DNA of 64,000 nucleotides from Synechococcus sp. GTDB lineage: Bacteria > Cyanobacteriota > Cyanobacteriia > Thermostichales > PCC-7336. Below, one piece after another: positions 9,813 to 20,443 of the stretch. The stretch is from NCBI GenBank assembly GCA_051439605.1, contig JBFRWN010000039.1:1-64000 (forward strand). Reading direction: 5' to 3'. Made by a program: the position numbers and the translations under genes. A model generated the notes under the pieces. The model was not told the DNA's origin. It made no database searches and worked only from the letters and a program-made list of their open reading frames with translations. Within the stretch, counting starts at the first letter, position 1. Every line of letters starts with the position of its first letter.

Positions 9813-11249
9813 TTGCTTTTAAATAACTACGATCCAGAGAATTTTTACGATGAGCTGTTTGCTCAAAAAGGCGTAGCAAGAGAACAATCGAGATCGCTGA
9901 TTCAGTGGATGCAGGAACTAGGAGTTGAACGCCTGGAGCAACAGAGGCAAACGGCTGAAGCGGCACTCTACAACCTTGGTATTACCTTTAATGTTTATGG
10001 CGATAGCCATGGCGTAGAAAAGATTTTCCCCTTTGATGTCATCCCCAGAATCATTGCGGCTGATGAGTGGGCTTGGATCGAGCGGGGCCTGCAACAGAGA
10101 ATCAAAGCACTGAATCACTTTTTAGGGGATGTCTACAGCGATCGCCTGATTGTCAAAGAGGGCATCATCCCAGAGGGGGTGATTGCAACTGCCCCTGGAT
10201 ACCACAACGCCTGCGAAGGGATCCGCCCTCCTGAAGATATCTGGTGCCACATTACTGGTACTGACTTGGTGCGTGACAGCGATGGCCAGTGGTACGTCCT
10301 AGAGGACAACATTCGCGTACCCTCGGGGGTGTCTTACGTCCTCGAAAATCGGCGAGTCATGAAAGCTACGTTTCCGGATATTTTCAACACAATGTCCGTC
10401 AAGCCGATTGACGACTATCCCAGCCACCTACTTGATACCCTGCTCAACTTGGCCCCCACTCACCTGCCTGACCCCACAGTCGTGGTGTTAACCCCAGGAG
10501 TCTTCAACTCTGCTTATTTCGAGCATTCCTATCTGGCTCAGCAAATGGGGGTACAGCTGGTTGAAGGGCGGGATCTTGTAGTGGCGGATGGCTACTTACA
10601 AATGTTGACCACCCAAGGGCTGCGGCGGGTGGATGTGATTTATCGTAGGGTGGATGATGATTTTCTCGACCCAGAAGTTTTTCGCCCCGACTCGATGTTG
10701 GGGGTGTCTGGCTTGATGGAGGTTTATCGCCAGGGGCGGGTGGCGATCGCCAATGCCCCCGGTACAGGAGTAGCAGATGACAAAGTGGTCTATTCCTACG
10801 TCCCCGATATGATTCGATTTTATCTGGGTGAAGAGCCTATCCTGTCTAACGTTCCCACTTACCTTTGCTGGCGTCAGAAGGATCGGGAGTATGTTCTGGC
10901 CCATATGCAGGAGTTGGTGGTGAAGGCTGCTAACGAAGCTGGTGGCTACGGAATGATGATTGGCAACAAAGCCACTGAAGCTGAACTGCAGGAATTTACT
11001 CAAAAGATCCTCGATAATCCGCGCAACTATATCGCCCAACCCATACTCAATCTTTCCCGGGTTCCCACTCTCATTGACGGAAATGTGGAGGGACGGCACG
11101 TCGATTTGCGTCCCTACATCCTCAACAGAGGGGATAACGTTTACGTCCATCCTGGGGGGCTAACCCGAGTAGCTCTCAAAAAGGGATCGTTGGTGGTTAA
11201 CTCTTCCCAAGGGGGGGGGAGTAAAGATACCTGGGTGCTGACACATTAG
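9813..11249 (+). CDS. Circularly permuted type 2 ATP-grasp protein
   Basis: FPFDVIPRII, LEDNIRVPSGVSY, NSAYFEH, NAPGTGVADDK, RHVDLRP, VVNSSQGGGSKDTW; TTG start after GAGG. Confidence 0.93.
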   Translation: MLLNNYDPENFYDELFAQKGVAREQSRSLIQWMQELGVERLEQQRQTAEAALYNLGITFNVYGDSHGVEKIFPFDVIPRIIAADEWAWIERGLQQRIKALNHFLGDVYSDRLIVKEGIIPEGVIATAPGYHNACEGIRPPEDIWCHITGTDLVRDSDGQWYVLEDNIRVPSGVSYVLENRRVMKATFPDIFNTMSVKPIDDYPSHLLDTLLNLAPTHLPDPTVVVLTPGVFNSAYFEHSYLAQQMGVQLVEGRDLVVADGYLQMLTTQGLRRVDVIYRRVDDDFLDPEVFRPDSMLGVSGLMEVYRQGRVAIANAPGTGVADDKVVYSYVPDMIRFYLGEEPILSNVPTYLCWRQKDREYVLAHMQELVVKAANEAGGYGMMIGNKATEAELQEFTQKILDNPRNYIAQPILNLSRVPTLIDGNVEGRHVDLRPYILNRGDNVYVHPGGLTRVALKKGSLVVNSSQGGGSKDTWVLTH

Positions 11250-11327
11250 ACTTCGGGGTATGGAGGGTCTCCATCAGCCAGTTCTGGGAGGATAAAGTAT
11301 TGACGGACCACTTAAAGACAATCGCCT

Positions 11328-12293
11328 ATGTTGAGTAGGGTAGCGGACTCCATATACTGGCTAAATCGATATATCGAGCGAGCGGAAAATGTAGCTCGAT
11401 TTGTCGATGTCAACCTGAACTTGATGCTCGATCTGCCAGCTGACATCTCCTCCCAGTGGTCACCTTTGGTTTCCATCACCGGAGATCTCGAGCTGTTCAA
11501 AGAGCTTTACGGAGCAGTCACCCCAGAAAACGTGACTCGTTTTCTAGCGTTGGAAGAAAAATACGACAATTCAATTCTGTCTTGTTTAATCAAAGCCCGA
11601 GAAAACGCTCGTTCCTGTCGGGAAACCATCTCTTCTGAAATGTGGGAGACGGTCAATGCGTTCTACCACATGGTGAAGGGGATCTCTCCCCACGAGTCCC
11701 TAGACTATTTGCCCACCTTCTGTAGCCAAGTGAAGCTACAAAGCCATCAGTTTGCTGGAGTCATGGATGCCACCATGGCCCACAACGAAGGTTGGCAGTT
11801 CGGCCAGCTGGGTCGCTTTCTAGAGCGAGCTGACAAAACGACTCGCCTGTTGGATGTGAAGTACTTTCTGCTGTTGCCGTCCGCCCGTTGGGTAGGTACT
11901 CCCCTCGACCAAATTCAATGGATTTCGCTGTTGAAGTCTGCCAGTGCATACGAGATGTATCGCAAGCGTCAACATCGCATCAATCCCAGTGGTGTGGCGG
12001 GTTTCTTGGTACTCGATCGCCAGTTTCCCCGGTCAATCTATTTCTGTCTCAAGCAGGCGGAACAGTGCTTGCACGAGATTACGAACACCCCCATCGGAAC
12101 CTGGTGCAATGGTGCTGAAAGGGCATTAGGTAAAGCCTGTGCGGAACTAGGCTACATCGCGATCGAGGATGTGATTGACGAGGGTCTGCACGAGTTTCTC
12201 GATGGCCTGCAAAGCTCTATCAATACCATTGACAACGAAATCTACACGACATTTTTGTCGGTGGATAAGACCCGGTACCTACAACGCTCCTAG
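11328..12293 (+). CDS. Alpha-E domain-containing protein (DUF403)
   Basis: MLSRVADSIYWLNRYIERAEN, ARENAR, LGRFLERAD and FPRS motifs (two ER repeats). Confidence 0.93.
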   Translation: MLSRVADSIYWLNRYIERAENVARFVDVNLNLMLDLPADISSQWSPLVSITGDLELFKELYGAVTPENVTRFLALEEKYDNSILSCLIKARENARSCRETISSEMWETVNAFYHMVKGISPHESLDYLPTFCSQVKLQSHQFAGVMDATMAHNEGWQFGQLGRFLERADKTTRLLDVKYFLLLPSARWVGTPLDQIQWISLLKSASAYEMYRKRQHRINPSGVAGFLVLDRQFPRSIYFCLKQAEQCLHEITNTPIGTWCNGAERALGKACAELGYIAIEDVIDEGLHEFLDGLQSSINTIDNEIYTTFLSVDKTRYLQRS

Positions 12294-12370
12294 CCGAGAT
12301 AGGAGCATTTTTCACCAGTTTTGTCTGGTGTTCGAGCGGATGAAGTTATTCTTTGATAAAGTTTCACACC

Positions 12371-13225
12371 ATGCTTTATCGAATTTATCACCAGACTCAA
12401 TATTCCTACAGCCACTCCGTTCGCCTGAAGCCACATTCTATCTACCTGCGGCCTCATGCCAACAGTTGGCAAATGCTGCATAGTTTTGAAATGCATATTC
12501 AGCCTCAGCCAGAGCAAATCTCTGAATATGTCGATTTAGATGGCAATAGCCCGTCCAAGATCTGGTTTGCAGAGCCCACCCAACAGCTCAACATTGAATT
12601 GATTTCCCAAGTGGAAACCCTGCAACCGAATCCATTTATGTACTTACTCGAGCCTTGGGCCACTCGATTGCCGATTGACTATCCGATGTCTTTACACGCC
12701 CAACTACAGGGGTATTTACAGTGCTACGGATTAGCTGCCGATCCCACTTTGTCAGCAATAGTACAGGAGTTGCTTTGGGAAGCTGATGGCGAAACACTGC
12801 CGTTTCTCAATGCCTTAAACCAACTCATTTACAACTCCTGTACCTATATTCACCGCGTAGACGGTGCCCCCTGGTTACCTGGAATGACCTGGTTGCAGAG
12901 AAAAGGGTCTTGTCGAGACCTCTCGGTCCTATTTATGGATGTTTGCCGACAGGTGGGGTTGGCCAGCCGGTTCGTAAGTGGATATCAGGAGGGGGATCCG
13001 GATACTACAGAGCACGATCTCCATGCTTGGGCGGAGGTGTACTTACCCGGCGCGGGGTGGCGAGCCTACGATCCGACGCTGGGGTTAGTTGTCTGCGATC
13101 GCCATATCGCAGTGGCGGCATCTGCTATGCCCAGCTGCATCGCGCCTATTACAGGCAGCTTCAGCCCAACCACCGTCTCTGCTGCCCTGAAAACTCAAGT
13201 GAAATTGACGCCACTTTCTGCCTAG
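12371..13225 (+). CDS. Transglutaminase-like protein
   Basis: Catalytic triad motifs GSCRD, HAWAEVYLPGAGW and YDPT; N-terminal HQTQYSY...LRP. Confidence 0.93.
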   Translation: MLYRIYHQTQYSYSHSVRLKPHSIYLRPHANSWQMLHSFEMHIQPQPEQISEYVDLDGNSPSKIWFAEPTQQLNIELISQVETLQPNPFMYLLEPWATRLPIDYPMSLHAQLQGYLQCYGLAADPTLSAIVQELLWEADGETLPFLNALNQLIYNSCTYIHRVDGAPWLPGMTWLQRKGSCRDLSVLFMDVCRQVGLASRFVSGYQEGDPDTTEHDLHAWAEVYLPGAGWRAYDPTLGLVVCDRHIAVAASAMPSCIAPITGSFSPTTVSAALKTQVKLTPLSA

Positions 13226-13362
13226 AGCTCTGAATGTTTGGCAAGGAGTCATATCCAGTTTGACTCGGAACACGGGTTATCCTGCAAAACCATGTCTTCA
13301 CAGTATTGTTTAACCAGGTTTAGCAAACCCCAAACGTGTTACCTTTGTAAAGCTCTAAAAAT

Positions 13363-13430
13363 AAACCGCACGTTCGACACTCCGGGTGTCTCAACCATCG
13401 AGATTCAGTCGGGCGGAGGTCTAACCCGTA
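13363..13430 (+). promoter_or_regulatory. rpsB (S2) autoregulatory leader RNA (t44-like)
   Basis: CCGCAC...CCGGGTG...GGGCGGAGGTCTAACCC directly upstream of the rpsB RBS matches the known S2 leader pattern (GGGUG...GGAGG...UAACCC). Confidence 0.7.
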
Positions 13431-13442
13431 GGAGACAATTTA

Positions 13443-14315
13443 ATGCCTGTAGTATCTCTCGCCGAGCTGCTGGAAGCTGGTGTCCACTTTGGTCACCAGA
13501 CTCGCCGTTGGAACCCCAAAATGCGTCCGTACATTTTCACGGACCGCAACGGCATTCATATTATTGACCTAGTCCAGACCGCAGCCTATATGGAGGAGGC
13601 GTACAACTATGTGCGCCAAGCGGCAGATGAGGGCAAGCGTTTCTTGTTCGTTGGTACCAAGCGTCAGGCTGCTGGCATTGTTGCCCAAGAGGCACTGCGC
13701 TGCGGAAGCTACTTCATCAACCAACGTTGGTTGGGTGGCACCTTAACCAACTGGAACACCATCAAAACCCGTACCGACCGCCTCAAAGAACTTGAGGAGA
13801 TGCAGGCATCCGGTCTGATGGATCGCCTTCCCAAAAAAGAAGGCTCCATGCGTCGCCGCGAAATGGAAAAGCTGCAGAAGTATTTGGGTGGTATTAAGAA
13901 CATGCGCCGCATCCCCGATGTGGTCGTCATGGTGGACCAGCGTCGTGAAATGAATGCTGTACAAGAATGTCGCAAGTTGGGGATTCCCATTGTGTCTCTG
14001 CTGGACTCCAACTGCGATCCCGACCATGCGGACATCTTTGTGCCCGCTAACGATGATGCAATTCGCTCTATAAAATTGATTGTCGGTAAATTGGCAGATG
14101 CTATCTACGAAGGTCGTCACGGTCAACTCGAAACCATGGAACAGTTCGATTACGAAGGGGCCATGGATGTCGATCAGTATGACGATGAAGAGTACGCCGA
14201 TTACACCCCTGCAGATGAAGCTGAAGCTGTTGCTGAAGTAGCAGTCGAGACTGCCGAAGTAACAGCTGAGACTGCTGAGGTCGGCGAGCCTGCAGAAGCA
14301 GAAGCCACGGCTTAA
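13443..14315 (+). CDS. rpsB: 30S ribosomal protein S2
   Basis: [33 protein letters not shown]. Confidence 0.99.
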   Translation: MPVVSLAELLEAGVHFGHQTRRWNPKMRPYIFTDRNGIHIIDLVQTAAYMEEAYNYVRQAADEGKRFLFVGTKRQAAGIVAQEALRCGSYFINQRWLGGTLTNWNTIKTRTDRLKELEEMQASGLMDRLPKKEGSMRRREMEKLQKYLGGIKNMRRIPDVVVMVDQRREMNAVQECRKLGIPIVSLLDSNCDPDHADIFVPANDDAIRSIKLIVGKLADAIYEGRHGQLETMEQFDYEGAMDVDQYDDEEYADYTPADEAEAVAEVAVETAEVTAETAEVGEPAEAEATA

Positions 14316-14421
14316 TCACCTCATCCCCTTAAACCGTCCCGAAATGTATCTGGATTACCCGATAATCGGGATGGTTTGTTTTGCGCAAGCAATTAAGCAG
14401 AAGAGAAAGGAACTCAGACTG

Positions 14422-15090
14422 ATGGCAAAGGTAGACGCAAAAGCGGTTAAGGATCTGCGCGAAAAAACCGGCGCAGGCATGATGGACTGTAAGAAAGCTC
14501 TCGTCGAGACTGATGGTAACGTTGAAGAGGCAATCGCTTGGTTGCGTCAAAAAGGTTTGGCTAGTGCTGGCAAGAAAGCCGGCCGCGTTGCTAGCGAAGG
14601 TTTGGTGGAGAGCTACATCCACACTGGTGGTCGCATCGGCATCATGGTGGAAGTCAATTGCGAAACTGACTTCGTCGCCCGCCGCGACGAGTTTAAGGAA
14701 CTGGCCCGCAATATTGCGATGCAGATTGCTGCTTGCCCCAACGTCGAGTACGTCAGCACCGCTGAAATCGATCCTGGCATCCTAGCCAAGGAAAAAGAGA
14801 TCGAAATGGGTCGCGAAGATCTGGCCAACAAGCCTGACAACATCAAAGAAAAGATCGTTCAAGGACGCATCGATAAGCGTTCCAAGGAACTGTCTCTGCT
14901 AGATCAGCCCTACATCAAAGATCAGTCCATTACCATTGAAGAGCTAGTGAAGCAGTCCATCGCACTGCTGGGTGAGAACATTCAAGTTCGTCGCTTTACG
15001 CGCTTTGTTCTCGGTGAAGGGATTGAAAAGAAAGAGTCTAACTTTGCAGAAGAGGTGGCTGAAGCTACCGGTCAGGCTGCTGTTAAGTAA
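14422..15090 (+). CDS. tsf: Elongation factor Ts (short cyanobacterial form)
   Basis: [29 protein letters not shown]; follows rpsB. Confidence 0.99.
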   Translation: MAKVDAKAVKDLREKTGAGMMDCKKALVETDGNVEEAIAWLRQKGLASAGKKAGRVASEGLVESYIHTGGRIGIMVEVNCETDFVARRDEFKELARNIAMQIAACPNVEYVSTAEIDPGILAKEKEIEMGREDLANKPDNIKEKIVQGRIDKRSKELSLLDQPYIKDQSITIEELVKQSIALLGENIQVRRFTRFVLGEGIEKKESNFAEEVAEATGQAAVK

Positions 15091-15094
15091 GCGA

Positions 15095-15189
15095 TATAGC
15101 GATCGTCAAGTCGCTTAGGACATTTTAACTATCCTAATCCATGACTGGGCATAGAGACTTATGTCATAACTAAAATGTCAAAGGCTAGA
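15095..15189. mobile_element. MITE-like element, copy 1 (IS630-type ends)
   Basis: TATAGCGATCGTCAAGTCGCTTAGGACA...TGTCATAACTAAAATGTCAAAGGCTAGA; alignable over its whole length to 33647-33740. Confidence 0.7.
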
Positions 15190-15233
15190 GTTTTCAGAGC
15201 ACTCAAGATTTGATTTGAGTGAGAAACCTCAAG

Positions 15234-15270
15234 AAAAGCCCCTCGTTTGTTGAAAGACGAGGGGCTTTTT
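15234..15270. terminator. Bidirectional intrinsic terminator between tsf and clpC
   Basis: AAAAGCCCCTCGT-loop-ACGAGGGGCTTTTT. Confidence 0.85.
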
Positions 15271-15293
15271 ATGCGGAATGCTTTTCACAAGAA

Positions 15294-17747
15294 CTATGCA
15301 ACGCCTGCTAGTACAGGAACTTGCTTGGACGCCACGGTGACGCGACCAGACTCATCCACATCCAGCACCGCAGTACTACCATCAGCGATCGCACCAGACA
15401 AAATCGCTTCTGCCAGTTCATCCTCCACTAAGCGAGAGATGGCGCGACGAAGGGGGCGGGCTCCGTAGCTGGGGTCGAAGCCTTCGCTCACTAGCTTGTC
15501 TGCAAATTCGGCAGTGAATTCCAGTTGAATCTGGCGATCGCCCAGCCTTCCTTCAATCTCTTGCAGCATGATGCGAGAGATTGCCCTCACTTCAGCCTTT
15601 TGCAACTGCCGGAACACAACAATCTCATCGAGGCGGTTGAGGAATTCAGGTCGGAAGAACTGTTTCATTTCCTCCGTAACTTGTTCGCGAATCCGCTTGT
15701 AGGTGTTGGCATCTACATCGTTGGAGAACTCGAATCCGAATCCGCCACCACCGGTTTCGATGGAGCGTGCACCTAAGTTGGAGGTCATGATAATGAGGGT
15801 GTTCTTGAAGCTGACAGTGCGTCCCTTCGCGTCAGTTAACCGGCCGTCATCCAGCACCTGCAGCAGAATGTTGAAGGCATCGGGGTGCGCCTTTTCCACC
15901 TCATCGAACAAGATGACGCTGTAGGGTCGGCGGCGAACGGCTTCAGTTAACTGTCCCCCCTCTTCGTAGCCCACCAATCCGGGTGCTGAACCAATTAGCT
16001 TCGAGATGGAATAGCGTTCCATGTACTCCGACATATCCAGCCGAATCATGGCGCTTTCATCGCCGAATACAGTTGCGGCCAGAGCTTTAGACAGCTCGGT
16101 TTTCCCCACCCCTGTAGGACCCGCAAACATAAAGCTAGCGATGGGCCGATCGGGGCTACCCAGGCCCGCCCGAGCGCGCCGTACCGCTTGAGCCACGACG
16201 TTGACCGCTTCGTTTTGGCCAATCACCCGTTCGTGCAGCACATCCTCAAGATTGAGCAGACGGAGGGTTTCGGTCTCGGTGAGTTGATTCACCGGAACCC
16301 CTGTCCAGGCCGCAACCACATCGGCAATATCTGACTCTGCAACCACTGGCGACTGCCCTGCTCCGTGTAACTGGTTTTCTAGTTCCAACTCGCGATCGCG
16401 CAGCTTGCTCGCTTCTGCAAAGTCCTGGGCGCCGATCGCAGCTTCCTTGGCTTTATACACCTGACGCAGTTCATCTCGCAGTTCTTTGTCGGTAACGGCG
16501 CGGGAATGACGAACGCGCACGCGAGACCCTGCTTCATCAATCAGGTCAATCGCCTTGTCCGGCAACTGACGATCCTGAATGTAGCGGGCGGACAGCCGCA
16601 CTGCTGCAGCCAAGGCTTCATCAGAAATAGCCAACCGGTGATGGCGCTCGTAGCGATCGCGCACTCCATGCAAAATTTCCAGTGCCTGAGTGGGTGTAGG
16701 TTGCTCAACCCGCACCATCTGGAAGCGGCGCTCGAGGGCGGCGTCGGTTTCGATGGACTGGCGGTATTCATCAATGGTGGTAGCACCAATGCACTGCATT
16801 TCCCCCCGGGCCAGTGCTGGTTTGAGCATGTTAGAGGCATCTAAACCTCCGTCTAGGGCACCAGCTCCCACCAACGTATGAATTTCATCGATCACTAAAA
16901 TAATGTTGCCATCCGCCCGTACTTCTTCCATTACCTGAGACAGGCGCTCTTCGAAGTCCCCTCGGAAGCGGGTGCCTGCCAGCAGCAGGCCCAGATCCAG
17001 AGCCACCACCCGCTTTTCCAACAACGCAGTGGGTACATCAAGGTTGGCGATACGCTGAGCCAGCCCTTCGGCGATCGCTGTTTTGCCGACACCTGGTTCC
17101 CCCACCAACACGGGATTGTTCTTGGTGCGACGGCTCAGAATTTGCATGACGCGTTCAGTTTCTGTCGCGCGTCCCACAATGGGATCCAACTTGCCGTCTT
17201 TGGCAAGCTGGGTGAGGTCGGTGCTAAATTCATCCAAAATTGACTGACTATCCGCGGATCGACTCGAGCGAGTTTCCTCGTCGCGCTCGCGACCACCCGC
17301 TGTCACAGGCTTGGTCTCTGCCAGCTCCCGTAGCATTTTCACTCGCAGTTCTTCAGGATTTGCTCCCAGGTTCACAATGGTCTGAGAGGCAATGCTTGTG
17401 TCAGAGGAGAGCAGCCCCAGAAGAACGTGTTCAACGCTGACATAGGGTTGTCCCATCTGGCGTGCTTGGCGGAGCGATTCTTCCAGCGCTTCCTTAGCTT
17501 TGGGGGTAATGGGGATCTCGGCGGGGGAGAAGGTTTCGCCGCGACCCAATGTTTCTTCGATTCGTTGACGGGCTAAGGGTAATGTTACTCCCGCATCTTC
17601 TAATGCTTTGGCCGCCTGACTGTCACCAGAGGCCAAGACCCCTAGCAAGAGTTGCTCGGTGCCCACAAACCCTTGACCTTGACGGCGGGCTTCCTCTTGG
17701 GCTGCCACAATAGCGGCGATCGCGCTTCTAGTAAATCGTTCAAACAT
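15294..17747 (-). CDS. clpC: ATP-dependent Clp protease ATPase subunit ClpC (divergent paralog)
   Basis: MFERFT start, Clp-N repeats, Walker A motifs GEPGVGKT and [11 protein letters not shown] segment, GFGF ClpP-docking loop. Confidence 0.9.
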   Translation of the reverse strand: MFERFTRSAIAAIVAAQEEARRQGQGFVGTEQLLLGVLASGDSQAAKALEDAGVTLPLARQRIEETLGRGETFSPAEIPITPKAKEALEESLRQARQMGQPYVSVEHVLLGLLSSDTSIASQTIVNLGANPEELRVKMLRELAETKPVTAGGRERDEETRSSRSADSQSILDEFSTDLTQLAKDGKLDPIVGRATETERVMQILSRRTKNNPVLVGEPGVGKTAIAEGLAQRIANLDVPTALLEKRVVALDLGLLLAGTRFRGDFEERLSQVMEEVRADGNIILVIDEIHTLVGAGALDGGLDASNMLKPALARGEMQCIGATTIDEYRQSIETDAALERRFQMVRVEQPTPTQALEILHGVRDRYERHHRLAISDEALAAAVRLSARYIQDRQLPDKAIDLIDEAGSRVRVRHSRAVTDKELRDELRQVYKAKEAAIGAQDFAEASKLRDRELELENQLHGAGQSPVVAESDIADVVAAWTGVPVNQLTETETLRLLNLEDVLHERVIGQNEAVNVVAQAVRRARAGLGSPDRPIASFMFAGPTGVGKTELSKALAATVFGDESAMIRLDMSEYMERYSISKLIGSAPGLVGYEEGGQLTEAVRRRPYSVILFDEVEKAHPDAFNILLQVLDDGRLTDAKGRTVSFKNTLIIMTSNLGARSIETGGGGFGFEFSNDVDANTYKRIREQVTEEMKQFFRPEFLNRLDEIVVFRQLQKAEVRAISRIMLQEIEGRLGDRQIQLEFTAEFADKLVSEGFDPSYGARPLRRAISRLVEDELAEAILSGAIADGSTAVLDVDESGRVTVASKQVPVLAGVA

Positions 17748-18554
17748 TCTCGCGCTCCTCGAACCCACGGCGGATAGTGCACAGCATTAAATCAGCAAGC
17801 TGGAAAACTGCGATTGCAAACTCAATGGGATTGAAAACCGATACGGCTGTCTGTCTTACCTCTCCCGTAAATAGGAAAAATCTGTCACTCATTCGCAAGA
17901 TTGCTAGGCTTGACAGGTATTTTGAAAGGCAATCTTCCATTAAGATTTATGTCTGTGTTTATGAGTGTACGCAGTTTTTGCCTTGACCGACAGTAGGGAA
18001 AGCCGCCCTCTTTTGCGAGTTGCGCTGATGTCTAGCGACATGTGCCCAGTAATTACACTTGGAATTGAGTATCAAAAATACACCCGCTTGCCGTGAATGT
18101 TCGGGGGCGTTCAAAACTGGCAATTTAGGGTTAAAAAAATAGGCGCAAGCGAGCCACCTTGTCATGGCTATAGCGTGAGAATACAAGACGCCTACACTGC
18201 TTGGCTGATTCTCCTGCATCACTCTGATGTCCCCTCAATGACAACGGCAATCTCAGCTCAATGTCCAGCAGGGGGCCGGGTACTCCAAGTCTTTGTCCAC
18301 TTTTTCGGATGCGATGGCTTGGGTCTGTTCTGTGCTTTGGTCTGCGACTTTTTCCGTGTTCCGCGATTCAACTGGGATGGTGAAAGTTCCACGCTCTTTT
18401 CTAAACCGTATAACGAATTCTGCGATCTATGGTGTTTACTTGGAAAAGTCGAGGTAAGAGCATAATATCTTATACCAGAAGGCTTCAGACTTGGACAAAG
18501 TCGAGCTGAGTTGAGGGGCCTTCCAAGCTTGCATATCGAGTGTTTCAAGATCGC

Positions 18555-20387
18555 ATGCGAATTCTACTCGTAGAAGATGACGAACTGTTGCGGGAAGCTT
18601 TGAGTGAGTGTCTTGTCAAAGAGCGCTATGCCGTCGATGCCGTCGCTGATAGTAAAGCCGCTTGGGAATATATCTCGGTATTTAGCTACGATCTAGTTGT
18701 TTTGGATGTCCTGCTTCCCGGACAAGACGGTATTAGTTTTTGCCAGGAACTTCGTTCTCGCGGTTACAACCTGCCAGTTCTCATGCTGAGTGCTCGAGAC
18801 ACCAGCATCAATAAAATCAAAGGACTCGATGTGGGGGCAGATGACTTTGTAGCCAAGCCTTTCGACATTGACGAGCTTGCTGCTAGAATTCGTGCCCTTT
18901 TGCGAAGAGGGAGGCGGGAACCGTCCCCGATTTTGCGCTGGGGACAGCTCAGTTTCGATCCGAATCAGGCAGAAGTCACCTACGGCGAACAGCCGCTAGT
19001 TCTAACGCCAAAAGAATATGCTCTTCTAGAACTGCTCCTGCGTAACCGCCAGCGACTGGTGAGCTTTGACAAGATTTTGGATGGTCTCTGGCCTGCTGGG
19101 GAATTCCCCGGAATAGAGACTGTCAGGAGTCATATCAAAGAATTGCGTCACAAGCTCCAAGCAGTCGGGGCACCCTCCGATACAATCGTCACTGTTCGGG
19201 GGCAAGGGTATCGATTGAAGTTGCCCGCTGCTGACGAAAGCCCTCCAGCAGATGCACCTGCAACATTGAAGCCTCAAACTGTTTTTCAGGCTGAGTTTTT
19301 GGCAGCCCAGGCAAAGGTATGGGAGCAATACCAGATCAAGTTTGCCGAACGTTTGGATGTTTTGCTGGAAGCCTCCGGTCTGCTGAAGGAGAATGCACTC
19401 GATCGCGAATTGCAGCAGCGAGCGGCCAGAGAGGCTCACACTTTAGCTGGGTCATTGGGGACGTTTGGCTTGGCTGAGGGATCGCGATTGGCGTTGGAGC
19501 TGGAGGCTTTATTGCAACGTGCCAATTCGCCGGACACCCCCCAAGCAACTCTTTTTGATGCTCTCGTGACAGCCCTGCGATACGAGATAGAAGGACAGCC
19601 TTCCGATCGCGCCGATTGGCTCAAGCTAGGCAAAACTCCTGTGTTGTTGATTGCTGGTTGTGGGGCAGAGATGACGCAGCAACTAGTTCAAAAGGCTGCC
19701 GCTGCTGGCCTCCGATCCGAGATCGTCTCGACAGCAGCGGAAGTCAGAGAGGCGGTCGAGCAGGAAACCCCCTCGGCTGCGTTCTTCGATCTATCTCTTT
19801 TACGGGATGTTGAGGCAGAAGAATCCAACTCGTCGATCGCAGTACTGTCTCGGCAAACGCCGCCAGTACCGGTCATCGCTCTCGGTAAGAACGATCGTCT
19901 CTGCGATCGTATTGAGGCCAATCGTTTAGGAGCCAGCACTTTCCTCAAATCTCCCGTTACACCGGAGCAGGCGTTCGAGGTCATAAATCAGGGGCTTTCA
20001 CGCAGTAATGCCGGGGTGAAGGTCATGGTTGTGGATGACGATCCCCAGCTATTGCAAGAGTTAACGACATTGCTTGAACCTTGGGGATTCAAGCTTTCGC
20101 TGCTTGACGATCCCCGGCAGTTTTGGGAGGTGCTTGAGGCAGTAAAACCCGATTTGGTGGTATTAGATGTGGCCATGCCTCACGTCAGTGGAATTGAGTT
20201 GTGTCAAGTTTTACGCAGCGATCCCAATTGGAATCGATTGCCCGTCCTGTTTCTCACGGCTCGTTCGGAGGCAGAGATTCGCGAGCGGGTGTTTGCTGTG
20301 GGTGCGGATGACTACGTCAATAAGTCGGTCATGGCAGCAGAACTGGCCAATCGAATTCTTAACCGTCTGCGCAGGAGGAAAAGCTAA
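18555..20387 (+). CDS. Multidomain response regulator REC-wHTH-Hpt-REC-REC (RcaC-like architecture)
   Basis: MRILLVEDD...LDVLLP; OmpR wHTH (LTPKEY...TVRGQGY); Hpt AHTLAGSLGTFG; degenerate middle REC; C-terminal REC VVDDD...LDVAMP. Confidence 0.9.
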   Translation: MRILLVEDDELLREALSECLVKERYAVDAVADSKAAWEYISVFSYDLVVLDVLLPGQDGISFCQELRSRGYNLPVLMLSARDTSINKIKGLDVGADDFVAKPFDIDELAARIRALLRRGRREPSPILRWGQLSFDPNQAEVTYGEQPLVLTPKEYALLELLLRNRQRLVSFDKILDGLWPAGEFPGIETVRSHIKELRHKLQAVGAPSDTIVTVRGQGYRLKLPAADESPPADAPATLKPQTVFQAEFLAAQAKVWEQYQIKFAERLDVLLEASGLLKENALDRELQQRAAREAHTLAGSLGTFGLAEGSRLALELEALLQRANSPDTPQATLFDALVTALRYEIEGQPSDRADWLKLGKTPVLLIAGCGAEMTQQLVQKAAAAGLRSEIVSTAAEVREAVEQETPSAAFFDLSLLRDVEAEESNSSIAVLSRQTPPVPVIALGKNDRLCDRIEANRLGASTFLKSPVTPEQAFEVINQGLSRSNAGVKVMVVDDDPQLLQELTTLLEPWGFKLSLLDDPRQFWEVLEAVKPDLVVLDVAMPHVSGIELCQVLRSDPNWNRLPVLFLTARSEAEIRERVFAVGADDYVNKSVMAAELANRILNRLRRRKS

Positions 20388-20443
20388 GCTATTCTCTTAA
20401 ATTTTAAATGTGACAGAACTCCCATCATTGGCTTTGAAGTGCT

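Noticed and set aside
17770..18550. ORFs of 66-122 aa between clpC and the response regulator; possible CIRCE or CtsR site
   Set aside because: No domain motifs and no TTAGCACTC-N9-GAGTGCTAA; treated as a divergent promoter region.
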